A stretch of 64,000 nucleotides of DNA from Octopus sinensis (taxonomy: Eukaryota), in assembly GCF_006345805.1 (NCBI RefSeq), contig NC_043001.1, positions 82,212,001 through 82,276,000 of the forward strand, read 5' to 3'. Below the pieces are notes generated by a model. That model had not been told where the DNA came from. It did not search any database and saw only the letters and a list, made by a program, of their open reading frames with translations. Shown here piece by piece: positions 1-12,110 of this stretch (position 1 is the stretch's first letter; each line of letters begins with the position of its first letter). The position numbers and the translations under genes are program-made.

Positions 1-27
1 TATGTGCATGTTTGTATTCATATATGT

Positions 28-59
<32 letters not shown>

Positions 60-94
60 TGTATGTATGTATGTATATGTATGTATGTATATAT

Positions 95-147
<53 letters not shown>

Positions 148-184
148 GTATATCCATAAATGCATACATGCAAGTGTGTGTGCG

Positions 185-425
185 TGTGTTGGTGTTTGTG
201 TTTGTCTCCTACCACCGCTTGACAACCGGTGTTGTGGTGTGTTTGTGTTACGTACCTGTCACTTAACGATTCGGAAAAAGGGCCCGATAGAATAAGTTCC
301 AGGCTTTAAACAAAACAGAAAAAAAGAGCAAATTGGTACTTGTGTCGATTCATTCGACTAAGGATGTGCCCCAGCATGGCAGCAGCCTTCTAATGCCTGA
401 AACAAGTAAAAGATAAGATAAAAGA
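185..425 (+). mobile_element. SINE family A, 3' half
   Basis: Matches the 3' half (CGCTTGACAACCG...GATAGAATAAG...CCCAGCATGGC...GAAACAAGTAAAAGA) of the full copies at 7310 and 43595. Confidence 0.7.
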
Positions 426-1000
426 TATATATATATATATACAGACACACATACACATACATGTCTATGTATACGCACACACACACACATACACACATTG
501 GATATGCCTTTGCACACGGACTAAAAGTTTCAAGTTACATAGAGGCGATGGGGAGAAAACTCTATTCAACCCAAATCGGAATACGACTCTGCAACGCGGA
601 TATAAAAAACGGAAGCGATCACATGGGAGTAGAAAGTATATTGAACAGATACTGGTTCTGATTGACTCTAATTCTCTGATATTGATCCATTCTTTATAAC
701 TAAAGCAGTCAAATTCAAATGAACAATATATATATATATATATAACAAATGAATAAATATGTACTATTTCTTCTTAATGCTTATAAATGTGTGTGTCAGT
801 ATGTATATGTATGCGTCTGCATGGTTGCATCTATTCACATGTGCGTACGCGTGTGTGTACTTCTCTCTCTCCCCTTCTCTCTCACTCTCGATCTCTCTCA
901 CATGGACACATATTATCTCTCTCCCCCCCTCTCATCATACACACATACATGTACATGCATACTAAACGGTAGCGCAACATTTTGCCTCACTTGCATGTAA

Positions 1001-1073
<73 letters not shown>

Positions 1074-1841
1074 TGGATATAGATCTGTATTTGTAGGACA
1101 CACATATACACCGCACGCATAGGTATACATACGTGCATTTGTGTATGCATATATGAGTATATAACATGAATGGATTCGTGTATACACGATACTGGCTTGC
1201 CTTTGAAAGCCGTTCGCTAAAAGGAACAACTCTATATTTAATAATAAGAATAAGAATAACACCAACAACAACAACAATAATAATAATAATAATATTAATA
1301 ATCTCAGCTTCTGTGCTGAAATGTTATCACTGCAAATGAAGGATTCTTATGTAAGAACACCTGCGAAAATTACAAAGGAAATATATAATCAAGTTAAATA
1401 TTTTAACAGTGAAATTTCGTGATTACAAATTAGAGTATGACGAAGGGACTTATGGGAAGGTCTTCCATTTTTTTTTTTTGAGAGGCGGCCATGACATGTT
1501 ATTGATTTTTCATAAAGCTAAGCTGGAACGTAATTTTAGTGTGTCACAGAAAACAATACATTATACATTCTATAAGATGTAATGCGGGAGATGACAGTTC
1601 GATCAAAATTTGTATTTGAGGTTATATTTTCTTCAGTCAAACACTTTTGCAGATTCACAAGCAAATACGCACACACACACACACACACACACTCTCTCTC
1701 TCTCTCTTTCATACGTACGCATGGACATGAATGTGCATTCAAGGTAGCGAATTAGCAAAGCATCAGACTGGATGCGTTAGGATATTTTTTCCTTCTCGCT
1801 CCGTGCTGGGTTCAAATACTGACGAGGTAAATATTGCCTTT

Positions 1842-2063
1842 TTTTTTTACTTGCTTCCGTCATTTGACTGTGGCCATGCTGGAGCACCGCCTTTAGTCGA
1901 AAAAATCGACCTCCAAGACATTGCAAGCCTAGTACTTATTCTATCGGTGTCTTTTGTCGAAGCGCTAAGTTACGGGGACTTAAACACACCAGCATTGGTT
2001 GTCAAGCGATGTTGGGACAAAACACAGGCACACAAACATATACACACACATACATATGTATAT

Positions 2064-2157
<94 letters not shown>

Positions 2158-2330
2158 ACATATATACGACGGGCTTCTTTCAGTTTTCGTCTACCAAATC
2201 CAATCACAAGGCTTTGGTTGACCCGAAGCTATGGTAGAAGACATTTGCCCAAGGTACCACGCAGTGGGACTGAACCCAGAACCATGTGGTTGGTAAGCAT
2301 GCTACTTACCACACAGCCACACCTACGCCT
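1842..2330 (-). mobile_element. SINE family A, full length (tRNA head, CORE-like segment, internal microsatellite)
   Basis: Reverse strand reads GGCGTAGGTGTGGCTGTGTGGTAAG (A-box region), GGTTCAGTCCC (B-box-like), CCTTGGGCAAATGTCTTCT (CORE-like), then an internal (TA)n and the conserved 3' tail. Resembles Octopus OR-type SINEs (recall). Confidence 0.85.
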
Positions 2331-2552
2331 ATGCCTTTTTATTTTTTACCCGTAACCGATAACATAAATGACCAACCCATGTCGATGGGTTGGCGAATTA
2401 GTTAAAAGCAGCGAACTAGCAGATTCATTTGAGCAGCAGACAGAATGCTGCTCAGATGAATCTACTCTCTCTGTTCCTACCCTCTACGTTCTGCGTTCAA
2501 ATCACGGGAAAGTCAACATTGCCTTTCATCTATTTCAGATCGATAAAAAAAA

Positions 2553-3405
2553 TAACAGACATAAGTGTGAGGTTAAGGAGCTTGATTTCCAACCATGTGG
2601 TCATGGGTTCGAATCTACGGTGCGGCACATTGGGCAAGTATCTTCTACTATAGGGACAGGCTGACGAAAGCCTTGTGAGTGGATTTGGTAGACGGTAACT
2701 GAAAGGAGCCGACTGTGAACATACATACCTACCCCTACCTACCTACCTACATACATACATACATACATACATACATACATACATACATACATACACCAAC
2801 ACACGCACATATATATGTATTTGTATGTGTGTGTGTGTGAATATGTATACAACGCTGGTCACGATGTGCTTCCTCACGTTGTTGTGTCTTTCGAATGATG
2901 CTACATCACTGGCCAAGCGGGCAGACCAAAATTCCATCCAAACGGAACGCCAGTCTGTTGCTGGGTTACCCATTTACATATGAGTGGACTGGGGCAACGT
3001 AAAATATTTATATTTTGCTTAAGAACACAAAGCAGTGCCGGTCTGGGAATCGAAATGGTGATGTTGCGATCATGGTTGCAATTCCCTAACCAGAAGGTCA
3101 CGCACCTATACGTGTGTGTGTGTGTATGCTTGTGTGTTGTTATGTGTGTGTGCACGTTTGTGTGTGTGCATGTGTATGTGATTGTGTGTATGTGTGTGTG
3201 TGTCTTTGTATTTATCCAGCATTGCTTGACAACCGTTGTTGGTTTGTTAGCGTCCCATCCCATAACTTAGCGATTCAGCAAAAGGAGACTGTTAGAATAA
3301 AGAATTAAGTTCTGGGTCAATTCATTTGACAAAACAGCTTCAAGGTGGTGCCTCAGAATGGCCGCAGTCTAATGATTGAAGCAAGGAAATCGATAAAAGG
3401 TAAAA
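2553..3405 (+). mobile_element. SINE family A split by expanded microsatellite and a nested family C SINE
   Basis: 5' half at ~2553-2716 and 3' half at ~3195-3405 are in the same orientation, with (TACA)n/(TG)n and the 2868-3106 element between them. Confidence 0.75.
2868..3106 (-). mobile_element. SINE family C (tRNA-derived)
   Basis: Reverse strand GGTGCGTGACCTTCTGGTTAGG...TTTCGATTCCCAGACCGG...GTGTTCTTAAGCAA...TTTACGTTGC; homologous to 33692-33807. Confidence 0.65.
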
Positions 3406-3618
3406 GATTCAAAGGGTTGGATGGGAGAAATTGTAAAAAAGCGTCGGATAGGATGTCTTGACGTATTTGTCCCAATTCTTGGCGTTCTGCGTTCAAATCT
3501 CGCCATGGCCAATACATTACTCAGTTTAGGAGCATTACCTGGTACCTGGGGTACCTTTAACAGTGTCTTGGTCTGTTGCAAGCCTTTAGACCAAATCTTT
3601 GCTTTGAAGATACTTTCT

Positions 3619-3656
<38 letters not shown>

Positions 3657-3912
3657 AGTGTTAGAGCTCTTGTAACTGGTCATGCCTACTGTCGTTCCTA
3701 CTGATTAAAAGATGAAAATAGCATACACGCGCCCACGGAGAGCGAGTAATGGTCCCTATGAGTTAGTTTTAGGACAGTGTCAGTAATGCTCTGGGGTTGA
3801 TGATTCTTAAAGCCAGCATTAACGAACCAAATTACTATTAGCGACAGAAGCAGCTTTTGAAACGAAGTTAGTCCATCCAACCTAAGTTGGATGTGTTGAT
3901 CACCAGTGTTTA

Positions 3913-4272
3913 CAAACTGACCTATTTTCCATTACCTTTCACACAAATTCAGCGCTGAGTTGCTGAAGCAGAAATATCGTTATAGCAAATATTCTGCTTA
4001 GTACCACAGATTTGCTTGTCAGTTGTTTGACCTTAACCACTTGAGCATGTCCCTTAGTAGTTGACAATATGTACATCTCTGATCATGAACAGGAGTAGTG
4101 AGGGAGCATCATAGCCATGTGTTAAGAGGGATTCTTTGGGGATTGAGTGCATGTAAGAAAAGCAAAGTTTGAAGGAAATATTAGCCATTGTTCATACTTT
4201 CTAAGGGGTTAGCAAATAGGAAATAAGAGTTGCTACTCAAGGACAAAAATTGCGTTACATTGTGATCAGTGG
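3913..4272 (+). repeat. Unclassified ~360-bp interspersed repeat, copy 1
   Basis: Colinear with 32965-33345 from AAACTGACCTATTTTCCATTAC to CAAGGACAAAAAT. The central ~170 bp is the reverse complement of part of 18852-19385. Confidence 0.6.
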
Positions 4273-5149
4273 ATTAAATTTCGTCAGTATACTCGTGCAT
4301 TGTACTACCATATCACATTATAGAAATTATATTAGATACAGCGCTAACTTTTAAAAATTGAGTGCAGAACAGGTCGAAAATTTCATCAATTTTAAGGTAG
4401 ATACGGTAGGGGCCGGTACTAGGAAGTACGGGTCCAATTAGAGAATTATCAGTGTGGCCCTTCATTCTACAAAAGTTGAAGATTGATGTTTTATACTTCT
4501 TGTAGTACACCAGTCCCGGCCAAAAAGAGTTGAGAGCATGTGGCTCCACTATTAGCCATTATGGTATGCTAAAAATTCATTATAGCGTCCTCCACTCGAG
4601 CGTCTGCGCGGGGCCTAATTTGAACAAGTCTATATAATTGGCATAAAACCGGCCCTGGATATGGTTGTAGTAGATTCACATGGCCTGGAAAGAATTGATA
4701 TACTTTACATGGGAAAACATGTGTACCAGTTCAGAAATTAAAATGAAATCAAAGGAAACATTTTAATGAGAGATCAAGAAACGACGAGACAAGTTTTTTT
4801 TCTAAGGCAGAACACAGTCGTAAATTTTGCAACAACAAGAAACCTGTTTTCATATTTATGGATGGGTACATATATGTATACATGCATACATATGTACGAA
4901 CATGCATACTTATAAACGTACAAAACAACATACATACTTACGTGTATATACATACACAGATGAATTTATATATGCATATGTTTAATAAAATACTTCTACA
5001 TATGCATGCATATATATGTAAATATATGTGTGTGTGCGTGTGTGTGTTTGTATAATTATATATGTATATACATGCATGCATATATACAAATGAATATATA
5101 TACATATGTGTACACATATATGTTTATTTATATATATTATATATATATA

Positions 5150-5204
<55 letters not shown>

Positions 5205-5399
5205 GCATGCACATATATATTTGTGTGCATGTGTCTTGGTATATATATATGTGTGTGTATATATAAGCAATGCATATATATCCATACATATATATGTATA
5301 TACATATAAAATGAATATATTCATATGCATATATATGCATGTGTGTACACATACACACATACATGTTTACATATATATGTGTATGTGTGTGTGTGTGTA

Positions 5400-6308
5400 T
5401 TGGGTCATCCCATAAATAATGAGTTTTTTTATACTTTTCATAATTAAGATAAACCAAATTCTTTTTTAATCTAAAATATACTCTCCTTCATTTTTTTTAT
5501 AATACTCTTCCATCTATCTACTAGCCCTGGAAGGACCCTCTTCCAAAATTCACTTATCCGTGAGGAAAAATACTTCTCCAGTACTGTTCTGACTTTGTCT
5601 ACAGAATTCACAATTTTTTTGTCCAAATGATTCAAAAGACTGCGGAATAAATGATAATCAGATGGGACAATGGTCAGCGAATATGGTGGGTGGGGCATCG
5701 TTTCTCATTCAAACTGTTCTAGGCTTTGGAATGCTATCCTCGCTGTGTGTAGTCAAGCATTATCCTGATGTAAGAACACCTTTCGCCTTGAAACCAAAGA
5801 TGGTCACTTTTCTTCTAGCGCTGACCTGACTGACTGGATGAATGACCAAATCCAAGCTTCTCTGCTAGTTCCTCAAGAGTTATGAAGGGATTTTGTTCCA
5901 CCAGAGTTTGCAGGCCGTCCTCATCGAGTTCTACATATCTTCCTGGACGAGGTTCGTCTTCTAGGCTGTAGTTTCCAGCTCGGAATTTCTGGAACCACCA
6001 TTGACACTGGCTTACGCTTATTGTCCGATCCCCATCTAATGCATTAATATTCATCGTACTTTCCCTTGCGTTGTTGCCTTTATTGAACTCATAAAGCAAA
6101 ATTTTCCGAATATGCCTCTTTGTCACTTTCATTTTAGATTTGAAAAAATAGCTGTAAATATCGAACTGCACCCTTCAAAACTTGCACTAAGAATGAGGAC
6201 AGGGTAAAATGACTTTTATAACAATTTGATGCAGATAGTTTATCCCGTACCCATCCAACTTTTAGTTCATGCTATTGAAACAACTGTATTATTTATGGGG
6301 TGGCCCAA
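5400..6308 (-). mobile_element. Mariner (DD34D) transposon, internally deleted, both TIRs present
   Basis: TIRs TTGGGTCATCCCATAAATAAT (5400) and TTGGGCCACCCCATAAATAAT (reverse complement ending 6308), flanked by TA. N-terminal HTH ORF plus C-terminal QDNA...HPPYS...PSDYHLF with 34 residues between the last two D. Confidence 0.92.
5815..6132 (-). pseudogene. Mariner transposase N-terminal DNA-binding region, open for 105 codons
   Basis: MKVTKRHIRKILLYEFNKG...WFQKFRAGNYSLEDEPRPGR...VEQNPFITLEELAEKLG is a typical mariner paired-like HTH region; it ends at the deletion junction. Confidence 0.8.
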
Positions 6309-7309
6309 TATATACGCATACATATAAAATCATTGACAAGACTCATTTAGACCACCTTAAAGAAGATTGTAGCGCTTTATATCCTTTACTAGGAAAATAT
6401 AACATAAGCTATTACCTATTATACACAAACATGCTCAAAAATTTATAAGCTAAAATTGGTAACTCTCTTCACTTAAATTCATTAAAATTAATAAACCTCG
6501 GCGTATGTGTACACCTCCTTCCAGCTCTTTTACATCAGTTAACTTAATTGTTTAATATTTTCTCGAATTCTATCTAACAGATCACATCCCAAATATATTC
6601 CAGAAAAAACAATCCTTGTACCCATGGTTGTTTTTCCAAAAGGGACATTTTTCCGCTCGTATCATTTTGTGTTCGGTAAAGAACATATAGTTTACAATTT
6701 GCAATTCCTCAAGTGGAATATTGTAAGAATCTGCCAGGGTTTTCCTACCTGTATTTTAAAACTTGTTCCATGACGTAATTCCTACTCTCTTAGCAGAACG
6801 ATTCGCAGTTTCGTTCACAGATGACATTACAATTACCGCTTTCATTTGCTCTCTAGACGTAGCTACCATTTCCAAAACTATACAGACCCCTTTAAACCTT
6901 TGAAAAAGTAACCATCATTTTCATCAGCAACACCTAAAAGCTTTAGCTTAGGCCCTCTTACGCTCGTCAGTGCATAGGGAGGTAAGCTTCTTCCACCGGG
7001 TTCAATTGACTGCTACTCTCGTACATCCATTACGCGCAATGTTGTCTATTTTCAGGTCATCTTGAATTGTCCACTGCCAAGAGATCTTCGGTCACTGCTA
7101 TCTTCGAGTGCTATTGGTCGACTAGACGCAGAATATAACCAGCAAGACCAATGGTACTCAATGAAGGCCTGCAAAACACATGGGGTTCCATAACAGATTT
7201 TGTTGTTTAAATTTATGTGAAATAAATTGATTATACCTCTGCAATACACTAAATATTTTTACAATTTTTTAATACAATTTTTTATACAATGTTTTTTTAT
7301 ACAAGTTCA

Positions 7310-7690
7310 GGCAGGCATAGCTATGTGGTAAGAAGCTTGCTTCCCAACTACATGATTCCGGGTTCAGTTCCACTGCGTGGGACCTTGGTCAAGTATTTTC
7401 TACTATAGCCTCGGGCCGACCAAAGCCTTTTGAGTGGATTTGGTAGACGGATAGAAGCTCGTCGTATACATGCATATATATGTATATATCTATGTGTGTC
7501 TGTCTGCGTGTCTGTATTTGTCCTCCCACCGGTAGTGGTGTGTTTATGTCCCCGCAACTTAGTGGTTCGGCAAAAGAAACCGATAGAATAAGTCCTAAAC
7601 TAAAAAATAAAAGTACTGGGATTAATTCATTCGACTAAAAATTCCCCCATGGCGGTGCCCCAGCATGGCCACAGTCTAATGACTGAAACA
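7310..7690 (+). mobile_element. SINE family A, full length
   Basis: GCAGGCATAGCTATGTGGTAAGAAGCTTGC...GGGTTCAGTTCC...CTTGGTCAAG...GATTTGGTAGACGG...CCCAGCATGGCCACAGTC. Confidence 0.85.
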
Positions 7691-7829
7691 TCAACGATGA
7701 TTCGTAATACTATTTAAGCATAAAAATATGAGATCTTTTAATGCATAGAATGGGTATGAGGGTTCATTTGAATAAAATAGGAATCAAAAGGGTCCATAGG
7801 TAAAATATTGTTGAGAACCAATGAGCTTG

Positions 7830-7997
7830 ACGGATTCGGCGCTCTAACACAATCTCTTAGGGTGACTGTGACCTCGTCCTTCTCATTTGTGACACAGTCC
7901 CGCGAGTTGATCCTCGGAATATTTCTGAGGCATCTTTCATGGAATTACATTAAGTCTTCTATCCGTCCTTACTGTGCTCTTTCAAGTTTCGCTAGTG
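7830..7997 (-). mobile_element. RTE-clade LINE fragment (post-RT region)
   Basis: Reverse translation with one frameshift gives SET*KSTVRTDRRLNV(F)HERCLRNIPRINSRDCVTNE, matching the RTE motif ETW...RL..FH.RCLR.IL.I.W.D.VTN. Confidence 0.55.
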
Positions 7998-9339
7998 CCA
8001 ATTGACATTATATTAAGATTAACACAGTTAACGACAACAAGAACAACAGAAATATCAAGAAAATGACGGGGCCTTTACATGGTCATTTGACCCGGTAAAC
8101 ATAATAGCCAAATCACGCTCAAATCACACCTGATGTCTTAAAAACAAAAAAGATACGCTTGTTGATATAGTCTTACTTATGTCGACTTAGAAAGGATAAG
8201 CGATGGCTTGGGATGGAAAGACTTTGATAGTATATTTGTAAAATTCAGCGTGGTGGTACTCTCTCAGATACCCTGAATTATAATTTTATATATATATATA
8301 TATATATGCATATATATACATATATGTGTGCGTGTACATATATATACAGCCCTCACCCTTTGTTTTTACTGTTTTGTTCTCACTGTCCTGTTTTTGTTAC
8401 CACTTTCACCCTCCATAAAAAAACATCCCAAAATTTATTTAATTTGCTTTGCGGGAAGGACTGTTTTAACGAAGTCGCATCTTCTCCTTACCGTCGAAAC
8501 GCCGAGTAGATAAAACAGGGGATAACTGATGAAGGGAATGTTATTTATGCTGCATGTCTCGTTTCTCAGTTTGTTTTTTTCGTTGTTCGAAAAAAAGTTC
8601 GTTTCTATGTTTTCGTTTTTATGTTCTCGTTTCTCATTTTGTCTACGTTTTTTTTATGTCCTGTACCCATATATGCATGTATATATACATATATATGTAG
8701 GTATGCACATATATGTATGTATATATGCATATATTTATATATTATTTATTTTATTATAAATGTATATATATATACATACATATGCATATATATATTCACG
8801 CACTCATATATAAACACACACACACACACATAGTTACATACATAAATGAATTATGTATGTGTGTTTGTGTATATTTTTATCAGATTATTTGGGATTGGGC
8901 ATACATTAACAGAATGAATATGTAGGTTAATGTTTTATTATCAGTTCATGAGATAACAATCTTGGCACTCCTGAGCCGCTGTGGGCCTTCATTCTGAATA
9001 ATATTTTGTTTCCGTTTAAAGGTAATTTAATGGTTTGCTCTCTGAAGCAGGTGATAATTCGAAGTATATTATTTTGTAGTATTTATTGTGGATATACTGG
9101 AGAGGGGATAGGCAGGCCTGACGTAATAACTCCTGATAGTTTAAATATAGGTAATTATTTGCAGGATTCAATAGAACCATGGTATTTTGATAATAAGGAC
9201 ATCAAGGTAGGGTCGTATATCAGCATATCCGTATATCAGCGGCATATGTAAACGCTCACGTATATACAAATATATATACGGACTTGTATCACTTACATAT
9301 ATATATATATATGTGACTATTGAGCATATGCGCCTGCAT

Positions 9340-9588
9340 GGGAAGACCCCAGGACTTATTCTTTGTAAGCCCGGTACTTATTCTATTAGGCGCTTTTTAC
9401 CGAACCGCTAAGTTACGGGGACGTAAACATGCCAACATGGTTGTCAAGTTATGGGGGGGGGAAGCAAACACAGACACAAAGACACACATACAAATACGCG
9501 CTTTGGTCAGCCTGAGAATATTGTAGGACTGAACCCGGAACCATGTAGTTGGGAAGCAAGTTTCTTACCACACAGCCACGCCTGCGCC
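9340..9588 (-). mobile_element. SINE family A, partly deleted
   Basis: Head (CACAGCCACGCCTGCGCC on +) and 3' half are present; the middle is shortened. Confidence 0.75.
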
Positions 9589-10293
9589 TATACACATACA
9601 CGCACACACACATACTCGCAATGCTCAGAATATTACTACAATACCAATAGCTTATTCGTTCAGTGACTATCAACTTGAACGCTATTCTAAAAAATTGTAA
9701 TCTGACCTACTGAGTCCCGATTAATACAAAAGACTCGTACACACACGCAAAAACAGAACATCGTACGACCAAGTTTAATTTGTCGGCTCTACTTTGAGGA
9801 CAACTAGAAACTTTACAAACCAGGAACCCAGCGGATTGTGGGGATGAAAACAAACTTGGAATTTACTTTTGTCCTATTTTACTTTGAACTGTGGAGTCCT
9901 TAAATAATCGTATTCAACTATGAAGTTATCAATATCTGTATATAGCCATTTCGATCTATTTGGGTTTCATCAGAAGAAAGCAATTGAGGATTCGTAAATT
10001 ATACTGTTGTTTCGTTATGAAGAGAGTCGAAGCTTTTAGTTGGTAGATTGTAAATCTATTAGTGTTTTGATTTCTCATGGTTTTATACTTTAAAAAAAAT
10101 GTTGAATTGCAAATTTAAAGATATTATATTAAAACTTGTTATTTATTAATAAGGTAAACTAATTTAAGCTGTTGGGTTATAAGGAGTATAAAGATTATAT
10201 AATTAAATTATGTTTAATATGGTAAGTTTAAAGATGTTCGGTATAGTCATTTATATAATAGAAGAAAGTTTTATATAGAGGGAGAGATAGAGT

Positions 10294-10375
<82 letters not shown>

Positions 10376-10459
10376 ACAGAAAGGAGGAAATATTTTGATA
10401 AAGAGAAATGCTGAAAAGATATGCGAAAATATTTCACTAAGAGGATTTTTTTTCACTCG

Positions 10460-10905
10460 TGGCTCGTTAGTTGAGTGGCAGAAAGCGAGGGAGTTAAAAT
10501 TGTTGAGAAAGAAGCTTGCTTGCTATCCACGTGGTTTCGGATTTCCCTCTAACTGCGTGGCACTTCGGAAAAGTGTCTCCTACCACAGCCCCGGGCTGAC
10601 CAAAGCTTTGTGAATGAATTTGGTAGACGGAAACTGAAAGAAGCCCGTCGTGTATGTATTTATCTATGTATATATAAATGCATGTGCGTGTCTTAGTGTT
10701 TGTCTCCCCCCCCCCCACATCACTTAAAACCGGTGTTGATTTGTTACGAACCTTTAACCTAGCGGTTCGACATAAAAGACTGATACAGTAAACAACAGGT
10801 TTAAAAAATTATCACTACAGTCGATTTATTCGACTGAACTCTTCTAGGCGATATCCCAGCATGGTCGCATTTTAATGATGATACAAGTAAAAGATAGATT
10901 TTTTT
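10460..10905 (+). mobile_element. SINE family A
   Basis: AGAAGCTTGC...CAAAGCTTTGTGAATGAATTTGGTAGACGGAAACTGAAAGAAGCCCGTCG...CCCAGCATGG...ACAAGTAAAAGA. Confidence 0.75.
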
Positions 10906-11784
10906 CAGTCATAGACTTGTACCAAGAGAGCAAGAGAGTTAGACAAGTCAAGCGAGCAAGGGAGACAACACCAGTCAGTATTAATATACTTGCCTTCATT
11001 AATGAATGTACAGCTTCCGCTTGTTCTTGCTGACACTGTAGAAGCAAAATTGCTAATTAACTACGTGATCAGCACCTCATTTTAATCCAATTATTTTCAC
11101 TTCCCGGTGCAAGTCAGTGTTTCTGTCATGAATATTCTATATAGCAAATTCGTTACTATAGCGACAGCAAATGAGGGTAAAGGTTATACTTCAATAATTA
11201 TCAGCTCGAATGAGAAAAATAATAAATGTTTGTTAATAAACTCTTAATACACTTAATGAGTATTAATAAAGCATTGTATTACTGACCAATCACGTGGTAC
11301 TATTGAATTAGCTATGGCCTCAGTGACTATCAACTGAAATCTACACACACACACACACACGCGTACACACACATATATGCATATTTATGAGTGTGTGTTC
11401 GTATATGTATTTGCATGTATGTGTTTGTGTCTGTATGTGCGCGTGTGTATGTGTGTGCGTGTGTGCGTGTGTATTTAACACAAGTACATTCGCAGAAACC
11501 TATACATACGTACAAATCATGCACTCAATAAACCTACACATATTTTAGTGTTACACATGTTCACATCAGTAAATACACATACGCATACACGCGCACACAC
11601 CTACACCCACACCCACGCACACACTCACACAAATATGTATGGTTTTATTTATGTGCTATATATGTATATATATATTTATATACGTATACATATATGTATA
11701 CGTATATATGTATGTGTATGTGTGCGTGTATATATATATACATACATACATACATACATACATACATACATACATACATACATA

Positions 11785-11898
11785 CCTGGTTCTTGACTGA
11801 TGACTGAGGGCTTCGAATGTCCCGTCCTGTGGTTCTTGTGTCGTCTCTGTGGTGTTTCATGTTCTTGTCCATGTCTGTAATTATTTTTACTGTTTACC

Positions 11899-11963
<65 letters not shown>

Positions 11964-12110
11964 TGTGTGTGTAAATGTAAAAAATACAAACTGGGACAAG
12001 AACGTGAAACATTTAGAAGACGATACAAAAAACACGGACGGGACATTCGAAGCCTTCAATCTTCAGTCAAGAACCGGATCATCTTCGCAATTTCGGATAT
12101 ATACATATAT
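11785..12110. repeat. Inverted pair of ~120-bp repeats around a (TA)n(TG)n spacer; possible Penelope-like terminal segments
   Basis: GGTTCTTGACTGATGACTGAGGGCTTCGAATGTCCCGTCC on + at ~11787 versus GGTTCTTGACTGAAGATTGAAGGCTTCGAATGTCCCGTCC on - ending ~12078, continuing in register. Confidence 0.75.

Noticed and set aside
4407-4657. Possible hAT/MITE with ends TAGGGGCCGG / CCGGCCCTG
   Set aside because: The match is short and imperfect, and no TSD is visible.
7310-7400. tRNA-like A/B boxes as a tRNA gene
   Set aside because: No cloverleaf or acceptor stem; these are SINE heads.
8455-8560. CGAAACGCC-GAGT and CTGATGAAGGG motifs suggesting a hammerhead
   Set aside because: The core elements are out of order or lack pairing stems; at most a decayed relic.
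9006-9251. 81-aa ORF with a possible 42-nt exon (DSIEPWYFDNKDIK)
   Set aside because: No recognisable homology; splice signals of this quality arise by chance.
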